64,000 nt of DNA, taken from positions 416,001-480,000 of the forward strand of contig JBFPLN010000003.1 of assembly GCA_051971635.1 (NCBI GenBank), written 5' to 3'. The position numbers and the translations under genes are program-made. This document shows positions 41,780 through 52,967 of the stretch, piece after piece. The notes beneath the pieces were generated by a model, which ran no database searches, was not told where the DNA came from, and was given only the letters and a program-made list of their open reading frames with translations. This DNA is from Candidatus Atelocyanobacterium thalassae (GTDB lineage Bacteria; Cyanobacteriota; Cyanobacteriia; Cyanobacteriales; Microcystaceae). Numbering within the stretch: position 1 is the stretch's first letter; each line of letters opens with the position of its first letter.

Positions 41780-42562
41780 TTATGGAATGATCTTTACACG
41801 CTTAGTAATCATAGTAATACCATCATTTCTAACAAGAATAGAAGATAACCATTGATCTTGAGGCTTATCTTGAGCAGGTATTCTTTTAAACAGCCCTCCA
41901 GACTTTAGTAGTTTTAATGGTATTTTAGGAGGATCTAGATAGTCATTGATATTAACTTTTCCAAAAATTGTCATTCCAGCTAAAAGATTATTACCCAAAG
42001 GTTCACTTAGGATGACATCAAAATCAAATGTTTCTCCAACCTTTACAGTCGCGGGTAAATTAACGACAACTTTTGGTGGTTGTTCTCCAGAGGTTAGCTT
42101 TGTTGTTTCGCTTAATATTTCTTGTGTAACTATTTTATTCGTTTGAAAAGACTGATGGGATTCTATTCTTGATTCTAATCTAATTTTTCTTTGGTTACTT
42201 ATTTTATTTCCTGTAATAGTAGTCAAAGTTTTGACAAACCAGTTTGCATCTTTTTTTTCCCAAGATAATATTTCTGTTCGATACTTTAAATCAGGATAAT
42301 CAATCCACAATTTATTAATTCCTTCAGTAAGATTATCTAATGTTAATCCATCAATCGTCTGATACTGATTACTATAAAATGATTTTATACGTTCTAAGTC
42401 TCTCGCATTGGCTGCATTATCAACTTGTGTAACGAATTGCTGAAGTTCCATGGGAATATCATCAATATTTTTTGCATTAACGGGTATGTGTGTTCCCAGA
42501 CTTAATCCACAACCAAGTATTATAGAAAGGAACCAACGTTGATAAATCATACGTTTATTCAT
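41780..42562 (-). CDS. secreted NTF2/SnoaL-like domain protein, conserved in cyanobacteria
   Basis: signal peptide, IDGLT...LW.DYPDLKY, FDFDVIL.EPL, SGGLFK. Confidence 0.7.
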   Translation of the reverse strand: MNKRMIYQRWFLSIILGCGLSLGTHIPVNAKNIDDIPMELQQFVTQVDNAANARDLERIKSFYSNQYQTIDGLTLDNLTEGINKLWIDYPDLKYRTEILSWEKKDANWFVKTLTTITGNKISNQRKIRLESRIESHQSFQTNKIVTQEILSETTKLTSGEQPPKVVVNLPATVKVGETFDFDVILSEPLGNNLLAGMTIFGKVNINDYLDPPKIPLKLLKSGGLFKRIPAQDKPQDQWLSSILVRNDGITMITKRVKIIP

Positions 42563-42623
42563 ATTAAGGTATTCCGATTAATAGTACAGAATCCAAATTA
42601 ATTATAGCGGACTTTTTATCTTT

Positions 42624-43676
42624 ATGATACGTTTACTTATAGCTGCAAGTGGTACCGGAGGTCATGTTATCCCTGCCTTAGCAGTAGCGAAGAAGTTATC
42701 TGATTACGATATTTATTGGCTAGGTACTCCAAACCGTCTAGAACAAAGCCTAGTAAATAATTTATATCCTTTATCCACAGTATCTATTGAAGGATTTCAA
42801 ACTAATTCTATCTTTAAAAATATACAAATTTTATTTAAATTACTTAAATCAGTTTTTCAAATTATAAGATTACTTAAAAAAAAGAAGATTGATATTATTT
42901 TTACAACTGGAGGGTATATTTCTGGTGCTGTTACACTAGCTGCTTGCATATTAAGGGTTCCTGTCATACTACATGAGTCAAACTATATTCCTGGAAAAAC
43001 GACAAGATTACTAAGCTATTTTTGCCACACGACAGCGTTGGGATTTAAAGAAACAGCTAGATATTTACCATGGGCTTCTACTATTTGGTTAGGTACTCCT
43101 GTTAGAGAAGAATTCTATACTACTCAATATTTGGACTTAAATATTCCATTGAAGGCAACTCTCATAGTTATTATTGGTGGATCACAAGGAGCAATCTCAA
43201 TCAATAATTTAGTACGTGAATGTGTCTCAGATTGGATTAACCTAGGCGCATATGTTGTTCACTTAACAGGAAATAATGATTCTAGGATTAATACTATTAA
43301 TCATCCTCAATATATCTCGTTGACTTTTTATAATAATATGGCTGCACTCTTACAAAGAGCAGATTTGGCAATTAGTAGAGCTGGTTCAGGAACATTAACA
43401 GAATTAGCCATTACCAATACTCCTGCCATTTTAATTCCTTATCCTTTTGCTGCAGAAAATCATCAATTTTATAATGCAAAGTTCTTTGTTGATGCTCAGG
43501 CTGCTTATTCTTATCGACAAGAAAAGTTAACACAAGATATCTTAAAAAAAGATGTATTAGATTTGATAAAAGATTCGATAAAGTTAAAAAGAATGGCATA
43601 TGAAATGTCAAAATTAACAACTAAAAATAGTGCACAAAAGTTAGCAAAACTAATAGGTGATAACTTGAAAAATTAA
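42624..43676 (+). CDS. murG: lipid II GlcNAc transferase
   Basis: ASGTGGHV.P, TGGYI, HESN, GTPVR, GGSQGA, SRAGSGTLTEL, PYPFAAENHQ. Confidence 0.97.
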   Translation: MIRLLIAASGTGGHVIPALAVAKKLSDYDIYWLGTPNRLEQSLVNNLYPLSTVSIEGFQTNSIFKNIQILFKLLKSVFQIIRLLKKKKIDIIFTTGGYISGAVTLAACILRVPVILHESNYIPGKTTRLLSYFCHTTALGFKETARYLPWASTIWLGTPVREEFYTTQYLDLNIPLKATLIVIIGGSQGAISINNLVRECVSDWINLGAYVVHLTGNNDSRINTINHPQYISLTFYNNMAALLQRADLAISRAGSGTLTELAITNTPAILIPYPFAAENHQFYNAKFFVDAQAAYSYRQEKLTQDILKKDVLDLIKDSIKLKRMAYEMSKLTTKNSAQKLAKLIGDNLKN

Positions 43677-43950
43677 CTGTTAGATTTCTTCTCATCAGTT
43701 ATCTTAATACAAAGTGTATTCTGAACATTAATCTTCTACGCTATTCTCTGCTTTTAATCTGTTAAAAAGAAAATACTTTATAAACTTTCATCTCAATAAA
43801 ATTATTTATATTTATAATTAAGAAATATTGCGAAAAAAAAATAAATAAGTCATAATTGTTCATATAGTACCTACACATATGAGACTCTAGTATTCTTTGT
43901 AATCGAGATTATTCCTATTATTTTTGTTTTAGAGGCATTAGTAAAAATTT

Positions 43951-45633
43951 GTGACTTGGCAAACAGCAAAATTACATAACCTAAATTCAGAGATTAGAAG
44001 ACAAAAAAAATATAATGCTAATGAGATTGCACTGTATTACCGCAGCCGTCCTTGGCAAGTAGTTAAGAGAGCAGTATCTATATTATGGTCTTTTAGCTGG
44101 TTCTTTATCCATATTCAGTGGGATAAGCTAAATAATAGAAAAGATAGTAAAAAAAGGCGTTCTATTGAACTAAGACAAGTTCTTACTAATTTAGGTCCAA
44201 CTTTTATTAAAGTAGGTCAAGCTTTATCTACTCGACCAGATTTAATTCATCCAGACTTTTTAGATGAATTAGTAAAGCTTCAAGACCAATTACCTTCTTT
44301 TGATAATAAAGTAGCTTTTTCAATTATAGAGCATTCGCTAAAAATTAAAATTGATAAAGCTTATAAAGAAATTTCACCAAACCCTGTTGCAGCAGCAAGT
44401 TTAGGACAAGTATATAGAGCTATCTTATATACAGGAGAAGAAGTAGCGGTAAAGGTTCAAAGAGCTAATCTTGAATCTATACTAACTTGCGATCTTTTCT
44501 TAATGCGTTGGATAGCTTCTAAATTATCTAAATTCTTGCCTTTGAATCTAGAACATGATTTGACTTTAATTGTTGATGAGTTTGGAAGCAAACTTCTTGA
44601 AGAAATAGATTATATTAATGAAGGAAAAAATGCCGAAAAATTTGCATCTAATTTTCGGAACGATGCTGATGTAAAAGTTCCTAAAATTTATTGGGCTTTT
44701 AGTAGTGACCGAATATTGACTCTTGAATGGATTCAAGGATATAAATTAACAAATACTGAACAAATAAAGAATGCAGGTTTAGATCCTTACTCTATTATAA
44801 AAATTGGAGTAATATCAGGCTTAAAACAGTTACTAGAACATGGTTTTTTTCATGCAGATCCGCATCCTGGAAATCTATTCGCTACTCATGATGGACGAAT
44901 GGCGTTTATTGATTTTGGGATGATGGATCAGTTAGATAATTCAACAAAAGAAACTATCGCTAACTCAGTTGTTCAACTTATAAATCAAGATTATGATGCT
45001 TTAGCTCAAGATTTTATCAAGCTTGGATTCTTGACTCCAGACACAGATATTAAGCCAATAATACCTGCACTTGAGAAAGTTTTAGATAATGCTATTACAA
45101 AAAACGTTAATGATTTTAATTTTAAAACAATTACTGATGACTTTTCAAAGCTAGTTCATAAGTATCCTTTTCGCCTTCCAGCTAAGTTTGCTTTAATAAT
45201 TAGATCACTAATTACACAAGAAGGATTAGCATTAAGTCTAGATCCAAATTTTAAACTTGTTGAAATTGCTTACCCATACATAGCTAAGCAACTTTTAACA
45301 GGAGAAACTGCTCAATTAAGACGTAGACTATCAGAAATTCTAATAAAAGATAATAAATTTCAATGGAGTAGGCTAGAAAATATGCTTACTATAGCTTCTT
45401 CTGAGGACAAGTTTGATTTATTACCAACTGCACAATTAAGTTTACAATATTTATTGTCGGATGAGGGGCAATACTTACGGCATAAGTTACTATTAGCTTT
45501 AACAGATAATGATGAATTACATATTGAAGAAATTCAAAAAATTTGGACTATTGTAAGTAAAGAATTATATCCACAGCAATTGTTAATTATTTTAGTTAAT
45601 ATACTACAGAAAATCATCACAGTGAGAGTATAG
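43951..45633 (+). CDS. ABC1/AarF/UbiB atypical kinase
   Basis: LGPTFIKVGQALSTRPD, AAASLGQVY, VAVKVQR, FFHADPHPGN, DFGMM. Confidence 0.94.
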   Translation: MTWQTAKLHNLNSEIRRQKKYNANEIALYYRSRPWQVVKRAVSILWSFSWFFIHIQWDKLNNRKDSKKRRSIELRQVLTNLGPTFIKVGQALSTRPDLIHPDFLDELVKLQDQLPSFDNKVAFSIIEHSLKIKIDKAYKEISPNPVAAASLGQVYRAILYTGEEVAVKVQRANLESILTCDLFLMRWIASKLSKFLPLNLEHDLTLIVDEFGSKLLEEIDYINEGKNAEKFASNFRNDADVKVPKIYWAFSSDRILTLEWIQGYKLTNTEQIKNAGLDPYSIIKIGVISGLKQLLEHGFFHADPHPGNLFATHDGRMAFIDFGMMDQLDNSTKETIANSVVQLINQDYDALAQDFIKLGFLTPDTDIKPIIPALEKVLDNAITKNVNDFNFKTITDDFSKLVHKYPFRLPAKFALIIRSLITQEGLALSLDPNFKLVEIAYPYIAKQLLTGETAQLRRRLSEILIKDNKFQWSRLENMLTIASSEDKFDLLPTAQLSLQYLLSDEGQYLRHKLLLALTDNDELHIEEIQKIWTIVSKELYPQQLLIILVNILQKIITVRV

Positions 45634-45875
45634 TTAGTCCTTATAGAGTATATTTTTAATTACTTTTTATACTCTTTTTAGGACAATAAGAATATGGTTC
45701 ATAGTATATTTGTTGTGATTAAAAAAATAAAAACTTATGTTTAAATCCAACTTATTGAAATAAATATTTCTAAAGTAGTTTTTCAGCAATATTATAAATC
45801 AAAATTTTGCTAGAATACTATATGAGATTAATTTTAGAATATCTAACTTAACTTTATAGTTAGAAAGAATCAATA

Positions 45876-46025
45876 ATGAATAAAAGTAAAATATTAGCTA
45901 TTGTTACTGGATTAATTTCCATATTATTAGCGGCGGCTTATCTAATCATAGTTCAGCTGCTAGATTTTCGAGGAGAAATGCTTCCGGCTCCAATTGTTGA
46001 AAGTATTTTAACTTTTCTAAATTAA
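45876..46025 (+). CDS. small single-pass membrane protein, 49 aa (below the ORF-track cutoff)
   Basis: manual translation MNKSKILAIVTGLISILLAAAYLIIVQLLDFRGEMLPAPIVESILTFLN*; I recall LLDFRGEMxPAP from a conserved small cyanobacterial family. Confidence 0.8.
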   Translation: MNKSKILAIVTGLISILLAAAYLIIVQLLDFRGEMLPAPIVESILTFLN

Positions 46026-46075
46026 TAGAACTCTAATTAATAAGAAGTAAATCTTTGAATTATTAAGTAATTATA

Positions 46076-49000
46076 GTGATTCCTTTGCAGTTAACGCTTA
46101 AAAACTTTTTAAGTTATCAAAATGTAACTCTTGATTTTCGAGGGTTACATACTGTTTGCATTTGTGGAGCTAATGGAGCAGGCAAGTCGTCTTTGTTAGA
46201 GGCAATAGCTTGGACAGTGTGGGGACAAAGTAGGACAAGTAGTGATGAAGATATTATTCATGTAAGCAAAGATTATGTAAGAACTGATTTCATATTTATT
46301 TGTCATCAACAAGTATATCGTATTATTCGTAGTCGCCAGCGAAACCGCTCTAATTCTTTAGATTTTCAAATAAAGAGTTCTGAAGGATTCAGAGCTTTAA
46401 GTAGAAAAGGAATCAAAGCAACTCAGGACATTATTACTTCTACCTTAAAATTAGATTATGAGACTTTTATTAATTCTGCCTACTTAAGACAAGGAAGAGC
46501 AGATGAATTTATGTTACGTCGCCCTACAGAAAGGAAAAAAGTTCTCGCAGACTTATTAAAACTTGATCATTACGAAAATTTGTCGATCAAAGCTAGAGAA
46601 ATAGCGCGACAATATAAAGGAAAAGCTGAACAAATAAAATTAAATCTTGCAGCTAATAAAACGAAGTTAATTCAAGAAAAAAGTATTAAGATTCAGAAAC
46701 GTACTATCCAAGAAGATATTGAAGTATTAAAAGTTTTACAGAATAAAAACGAGCAAGCATTCCAAGTTATCAAACAAGAAAATATTAATCGTAAAAGCTC
46801 ATTAGAGAAATTACTTTGGAATAGAGAACGTTGTAAGAACTTAGAAGAGGAGATATCTAAATCAAAAAGAGAGAAAAAAGAGCTAAAACAAAAAATCTAT
46901 AATCATGGAAAACTAATTAATCAGGGAGAGATAGTTTCTAGGAAATATAAAAAATTTCTTTTCCTACGTAAGGAAGAAGAGAAATTAGTTCATAAATTCA
47001 AAAAATTTCAAGAATTTAATAAAGAAAAACAAGAATTAGAAGATCTTTTTTTAGATAAAAACAATCAGTTACAATTAAGAATTAATCAGCAAAAAATTTA
47101 CTTAGAACAATTAGAAAAAGAAGAAAAAGAATTACAAGAGAAAATAAATGATACTAAAGATTTAAAGTCAGCTTTAAAAATACTTAATTTCTATAGCCAG
47201 GAATTAAAAAAATTAGATAAATTACAATATGAAGTTTCTCCATTATTAAAAAAAAGACAGGAACTAATACATCAGACCTTAAAAGTTAAGATAGATTACA
47301 AATCAAAATTAGAACAAATAAATATTTTAGAGAGTAACTACATAGCAGAATTAGTTATTGTTCCTCACAAAAGAAAAATATTATGTAATTTGAATAGTAA
47401 AATCGATGATTTTGAAAATGAAAAAATTTATCATAAACAAATAAGAAATAAAATTCAAGAAAAGAAAATTGCTCAAGGTAAATTATTTGTCGATCAGCAA
47501 AATAATATAAAAGAGATAGATAAGTCGCGACAAAAAATACGTGACTTAAATATTAGTCACTCTAGTTGTCCTCTATGTGAGCAAAAGTTAAATAAGATAC
47601 GTCGTCATGATGTTATTGAAAAAATAAGAAAACAATATAAGGATATTAAAAAGCAAATATATAAAACACAAGAAAAAATCAATATACTTAAACAAAATAC
47701 CAATTTATTTATATTAAAAGATAAATCTTTAACAGAAAAATTAGAGTACTCAAAAAAAATACAACAAAGATTTTATCAAATTGAAATGCACTTGAATAAG
47801 TCAGCAGAAATAGAAGATAAATTAAAATCTATCTTAAAGGAGAAAATAAAAATCGAAAAATTAATCAAAACTGAATCTTTTGATTCGATTTCGCAAGATA
47901 GTTTAAAGAGCATTGAAATAAGATTAAAAAAACTAAATTATACAGAAAAAAATCATACCTTAGTAAGGAGTAGAGTTGATAGATGGCGTTGGGCTGAAAT
48001 TGAAAACTCTAAGGTTAATGACTTACTGTATAGACAAAAACAAATTTTTGAGCAGAAATATAATTTAATACAAAAAATTAATCAACTAATAAAACAAAAA
48101 AATAGGCTAGATAATATTTCAAACCTAAAAGAAAAAATTGATAGAATTGAAAAAAAAATAAAGATTTTGAATTATGATAAATCTGCTCATGAACTAATTT
48201 CTAGTTATATTCGTAGTTCTCAAAATTATATTATTGATTATGAAAAATTACAAAATGCAAGAAAATCTTATTCTCTATTACAACAATATTTAAAATTTGC
48301 AGAAGACAGACTAAAAAATAGCTACGAAGAACAAAATATTGCTATGAAAATCGAAAACCAGTTATCTGAGAGACTAACTGTTACTAAAAACTATGATCAA
48401 GAAATAACTGAAATTCCTAAAATTCTTAAAATACAAAGACAAAATTTAGATCAACTATTTGGACAGCAGGGTAGATCTGAACAAGCAGTATCTGAATTTA
48501 AAATATTGCAAAATGAAAGACGAGGATTACAAGTATTGCATGATAATACTTGTAAACAGTATCGTATATATTCAGAGTTAACCAAAGCCTTCAGTAAAAA
48601 TGGCATTCAATTATTGATGATTGAGAATGTTTTGCCTCAACTAGAAGCAGAGACAAACAAAATACTTACGCGCTTAACAGGAAACAAGCTGCATATCCAA
48701 TTTATTACTCAAAAATTAGGGAAAGGTGCAACTACTCGTAAAAAATCTACAAAGCTAATTGATACATTAGATATAATAATTGCTGATATAGATGGTACTC
48801 GTATATATGAAACATATTCAGGAGGAGAAGCTTTTAGAATAAATTTTTCTGTACGTTTAGCTTTGGCTAAATTACTAGCACAAAGATCAGGAGCATCATT
48901 GGAGACTCTAATAATTGATGAGGGCTTCGGTACTCAAGACGCTGAAGGCTGTGAGCGTCTAATTGCAGCAATTAATAGCATAGCCCCTGATTTTTCTTGT

Positions 49001-49102
49001 ATATTAATAGTTACACATATGCCTCAGTTTCAAGAAGCTTTTCAACACCGTATAGAAATTAGTAAGACTAATCAGGGTTCACAAATAAGCATTATAAATT
49101 AG
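46076..49102 (+). CDS. sbcC: SbcCD nuclease ATPase subunit (SMC/Rad50-like)
   Basis: GANGAGKSS Walker A, YLRQG Q-loop, central CPLC zinc hook, YSGGE signature, LIIDEGFG Walker B. Confidence 0.94.
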   Translation: MIPLQLTLKNFLSYQNVTLDFRGLHTVCICGANGAGKSSLLEAIAWTVWGQSRTSSDEDIIHVSKDYVRTDFIFICHQQVYRIIRSRQRNRSNSLDFQIKSSEGFRALSRKGIKATQDIITSTLKLDYETFINSAYLRQGRADEFMLRRPTERKKVLADLLKLDHYENLSIKAREIARQYKGKAEQIKLNLAANKTKLIQEKSIKIQKRTIQEDIEVLKVLQNKNEQAFQVIKQENINRKSSLEKLLWNRERCKNLEEEISKSKREKKELKQKIYNHGKLINQGEIVSRKYKKFLFLRKEEEKLVHKFKKFQEFNKEKQELEDLFLDKNNQLQLRINQQKIYLEQLEKEEKELQEKINDTKDLKSALKILNFYSQELKKLDKLQYEVSPLLKKRQELIHQTLKVKIDYKSKLEQINILESNYIAELVIVPHKRKILCNLNSKIDDFENEKIYHKQIRNKIQEKKIAQGKLFVDQQNNIKEIDKSRQKIRDLNISHSSCPLCEQKLNKIRRHDVIEKIRKQYKDIKKQIYKTQEKINILKQNTNLFILKDKSLTEKLEYSKKIQQRFYQIEMHLNKSAEIEDKLKSILKEKIKIEKLIKTESFDSISQDSLKSIEIRLKKLNYTEKNHTLVRSRVDRWRWAEIENSKVNDLLYRQKQIFEQKYNLIQKINQLIKQKNRLDNISNLKEKIDRIEKKIKILNYDKSAHELISSYIRSSQNYIIDYEKLQNARKSYSLLQQYLKFAEDRLKNSYEEQNIAMKIENQLSERLTVTKNYDQEITEIPKILKIQRQNLDQLFGQQGRSEQAVSEFKILQNERRGLQVLHDNTCKQYRIYSELTKAFSKNGIQLLMIENVLPQLEAETNKILTRLTGNKLHIQFITQKLGKGATTRKKSTKLIDTLDIIIADIDGTRIYETYSGGEAFRINFSVRLALAKLLAQRSGASLETLIIDEGFGTQDAEGCERLIAAINSIAPDFSCILIVTHMPQFQEAFQHRIEISKTNQGSQISIIN

Positions 49103-49245
49103 TAATATTCCATGCGATTTTCTATGTTTCATACTTAATTTATATATAAAAATATATTTAAATACTTTAAGATGAAATATCAGTTTATGTTCACAGAATA
49201 ACAACAAACTCCTATAAACAAAATTCTTTAAAAGGAAAAGAAATA

Positions 49246-50577
49246 TTAAAAGTAGTTAGAGTTTGCTTGCATATTTAAAAATTTAGTTAACTCTGCTTGA
49301 AAAAGTAGCTTTACAGTCCCTGTAGGTCCATTACGATGCTTTGTTAAAATGATTTCAGTAATTCCTTTATCTATAGTTTCAGGGTTGTAATATTCATCCC
49401 GATATAACATCATAATTAGATCAGCATCTTGTTCAATAGAACCACTTTCTCGCAAATCGGACATCATAGGGCGCTTATTATTTCTGGCTTCGACTGCTCT
49501 GCTTAGCTGCGATAGCGCAATAACAGGAGCTTTTATTTCACGTGCTAAACCTTTTAGAGAACGTGTCATTTTTGATAATTCTTGAACTCGGTTATCTTTT
49601 TCCGCACCTTCCATCAATTGTAAATAATCAATTAAGACTAATCCGAAATCTCCTTTTCTTTCTGCTAATAGTCTACGCACTTGAGAACGTACTTGCATAA
49701 CTGTAATATTTGCAGAATCATCAATATAAATTGGTAAATTGGATAAAGTACCAATTGCAGTACTAATCCTACTGTAATCATCTTGGACAAATCTTCCTGA
49801 ACGTAGGCGGTTACTTTCAATTTCTGCCTCTGATGCTAATAACCGCATAGAAAGTTGTTCTTTTGACATTTCTAAACTAAATATAGCTACTGGTAAATTA
49901 AAATTTTTAGCGATATGTGCTGCTAATCCTAATCCAAAAGCAGTCTTTCCCATAGATGGCCTTCCAGCAATGATAATTAAATCTGAACGTTGTAGCCCTC
50001 CGGTCATAGCATCTAAATCATAAAACCCTGTTTCTATTCCAGGAATGGTAGTTTGATCATGTAATTTTTCTAATTCATTAAAAGTTTGAATAATTGTGTC
50101 TGAAATTGGAACTAATCCTCCTTGCGGCCTTTTCTGAGTCAAGCCAAATATTTTTTTTTCTGACTCATCTAGGACAATTTCTAAATCCCTAGTTGCTTCA
50201 AATCCCAAAGCAACAATTTCGTGCCCAGAAGTAATTAATTGACGACGTAAATACTTGTCCACAATTAAGGCTGCATAGCGATCAATATTGACAGCCGAAA
50301 CTGTTCTATCAATTAATTGAGATAGCTTATCTATTCCTCCAACTTTTTCTAGTGATGAATGATCTTCTAAAACACTCTTGACTGTTAAAAAATCGGTAGG
50401 CTTCCCTTGACTGTGTAATTTTAATGCAGCCTCATAGATTTCTTGATGTGATCTTACATAAAATGATTCTGGAGTTATTAAATCTACCACTCTTCCCATC
50501 GCTTCAGGATCGAGTAAGATTCCGCCTAGAATAGACTCTTCAGCTTCAATATTTTGAGGAGGAATATTATTAATCAT
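49246..50577 (-). CDS. dnaB: replicative DNA helicase, intein-free
   Basis: PPQNIEAEE, AGRPSMGKT, FSLEMS, IDYLQLM, LSQLSR, DLRESGSIEQDAD, KHRNGPTG; ATG at 50577 preferred. Confidence 0.97.
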   Translation of the reverse strand: MINNIPPQNIEAEESILGGILLDPEAMGRVVDLITPESFYVRSHQEIYEAALKLHSQGKPTDFLTVKSVLEDHSSLEKVGGIDKLSQLIDRTVSAVNIDRYAALIVDKYLRRQLITSGHEIVALGFEATRDLEIVLDESEKKIFGLTQKRPQGGLVPISDTIIQTFNELEKLHDQTTIPGIETGFYDLDAMTGGLQRSDLIIIAGRPSMGKTAFGLGLAAHIAKNFNLPVAIFSLEMSKEQLSMRLLASEAEIESNRLRSGRFVQDDYSRISTAIGTLSNLPIYIDDSANITVMQVRSQVRRLLAERKGDFGLVLIDYLQLMEGAEKDNRVQELSKMTRSLKGLAREIKAPVIALSQLSRAVEARNNKRPMMSDLRESGSIEQDADLIMMLYRDEYYNPETIDKGITEIILTKHRNGPTGTVKLLFQAELTKFLNMQANSNYF

Positions 50578-51032
50578 AATGAACAAAAATATGAGCGAAT
50601 TAATTTTACTGTAATTTAGTTACTTATATATAAAACTCAATTAATCAAACTGTATGAATAAAAAAACTAGGTTAATATAGTCTAAATATGGCCTTAATTT
50701 ACCACCAATCTAACTAACTTAGTAGGAGCAAAATTGTAAACAACATTTTAATAATTTTCTAGGAGAAGAAAAAGGTTGTGGAAGCTTTTTAATTTAACAA
50801 AACCCTACAAACTTTTAGATATAGGCTTTCATACTGTTTATAAATTTATCACCTAGAAAAATAAAGATTCGAAAAAAAGTGAAGAACTTCGTATAGTTAC
50901 TACATCAATTACTAGATAAAAGCTTTACTAGACTTTTTAAATATATCTCAAATGATGGCGACATGTCATTGTACAATACAGTTAAGTTTAATGATATATA
51001 TAAGTAATAGTTAAACCAGAGTTTTTCTTATC

Positions 51033-52967
51033 TCATTTAGATTGATTTATTTCTAATAATAAATTACGAATCAAACGGGCCATAATTTTCTGTGTTAGGC
51101 CATCAAAGATTTTTATCCCCATTCGTTGAGTTTCTTTTTTTGCCGCTAATTTAAGCAATAAAGAAGATAAGTGTATAGGCTTAAAATCTGGTAAGTCATT
51201 TAAAATTGTTAAAACATTTTTTAGATGTTTTAAGCTACTATCTTCTTTTGGTTCCCTAATACTATTTTGTCTAGTCAAACCTATCTGTTTTCTAATGATC
51301 ATAGATAGTTCAAACCAAGTTTGACGACTAAGAATATCGACAGAATCAATAATTTCGTGAATTAACTGTTCTCGAATAAATTCTCCTTGTGGAGAAAAAA
51401 TAAAATCTGTAATTTGGTCAAATACTATTTCAATGTCATAACTCTGAAAATTTTGTGCATTTACCATTAAACTTTCTAATCTATTCCAACGCAAATTTCC
51501 TTCCTTAAATAATAAGTCCTTTAGAGATGTCCTTAATTCAGGCGAAGAATCGGTTAGTAGACGCTTAGCAACATATGAATATGCTTTGCTTAACACTTTG
51601 AAGTTAGGATCAATTCCAATCGCAATACCTTCTAGAGTCACCATTGATCTTAAAATTAATGCATAATAAGCAGGAACCTTAAAAGGAAAATCATACATTA
51701 TGCTTGACATTTGATCAGTAATATTTTTGAAGTTCAGTTCAGCTACACTTGATCCTAAAGCATTATTAAAGATTTCTTTTAGAGCAACTGTAATTGGGGT
51801 TAAATCTGTTCCAGGTTCTAAAAATCCTAACTTTACGTAGTCATAAGCTAGAGCATCAAAATCTCTATTTACTAAGTGAACAACTGCTTCTATAAAACCA
51901 TATCTTTGATAGCTTTCAATACGACTCATCATTCCAAAATCGAGATAGGCTAACCTACCATCTTTCATAGCTAACAAATTACCAGGATGAGGATCTGCAT
52001 GAAAAAGACCATACTCGAGTAATTGACATAAAGAGCAATGAACTCCTATTTCTACTAAATGTGTTGCCTTAATTCCTTGAGCCTGAATTTCCTCTATATT
52101 AGTTAGCTTCGTACCCTCAATCCACTCCATTGTCAATACTCTTCTAGCTGTACATTCCCAATAGATTTTAGGAACATAAATCTCTGGCAAATGACTATAA
52201 TGCTTAGCAAATTCTTCAGCGTTATTTCCTTCCTTAACATAATCAATTTCCTCAAAGATTCGTTCAGCCAACTCATCTGTAATAGCTACCAAGTCAGAAT
52301 GAATAAAAGAAAAGCTATTCTGTAGCCAGTGAGAAATATGTCGAAGAATATAAATATCGAGTGTAATACATCGGAGTAAACCAGGTCTCTGTACTTTTAT
52401 TGCGACCTGTTCTCCTGTTTTTAGTGTTCCCTTATATACTTGTCCTAATGAAGCTGCAGCAACAGGTTCTTCTGATAATTCTTTATAGATTGACTGAGCA
52501 CTATGACCTAATTCTTCTTGTATAAAGCGATAAGCTATTTCATTGGGAAAAGATGGTAGTTTATCTTGTAAATAAGTTAATTCATTTAAGTAGACCGGAG
52601 GAACTAAATCAGGTCGAGTAGATAGAGCTTGCCCAATTTTAATATAAGTTGGTCCTAGTTCAGTTAAAATTTGCCTTAAATGAATTGCTTGATTGATATC
52701 TTCTTTAATATTCTTACCTACTAATCTACCCCACCATAATTTAAAAATAAAAGAAAAAAAGGAAGAGAAGATACGAACTAAACGATTAGCTACCTTAAAG
52801 ATGTGTTTGCGATAATAATTATTAATTGCATCTGGACTATATTGATAGTTTTTTTCGATACAGTTATCTAAATTTTCTGTATTTTTATTAAAAGGATTGT
52901 TAGGGTTTATATTTATGTTGGCTGTATTAAAATTCAAGTTCTCTAGAAAAAGAATTGAATGAGGCAT
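51033..52967 (-). CDS. ABC1/AarF/UbiB atypical kinase (second paralog)
   Basis: LGPTYIKIGQALSTRPD, AAASLGQVY, FHADPHPGN, YLDFGMM. Confidence 0.94.
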   Translation of the reverse strand: MPHSILFLENLNFNTANININPNNPFNKNTENLDNCIEKNYQYSPDAINNYYRKHIFKVANRLVRIFSSFFSFIFKLWWGRLVGKNIKEDINQAIHLRQILTELGPTYIKIGQALSTRPDLVPPVYLNELTYLQDKLPSFPNEIAYRFIQEELGHSAQSIYKELSEEPVAAASLGQVYKGTLKTGEQVAIKVQRPGLLRCITLDIYILRHISHWLQNSFSFIHSDLVAITDELAERIFEEIDYVKEGNNAEEFAKHYSHLPEIYVPKIYWECTARRVLTMEWIEGTKLTNIEEIQAQGIKATHLVEIGVHCSLCQLLEYGLFHADPHPGNLLAMKDGRLAYLDFGMMSRIESYQRYGFIEAVVHLVNRDFDALAYDYVKLGFLEPGTDLTPITVALKEIFNNALGSSVAELNFKNITDQMSSIMYDFPFKVPAYYALILRSMVTLEGIAIGIDPNFKVLSKAYSYVAKRLLTDSSPELRTSLKDLLFKEGNLRWNRLESLMVNAQNFQSYDIEIVFDQITDFIFSPQGEFIREQLIHEIIDSVDILSRQTWFELSMIIRKQIGLTRQNSIREPKEDSSLKHLKNVLTILNDLPDFKPIHLSSLLLKLAAKKETQRMGIKIFDGLTQKIMARLIRNLLLEINQSK

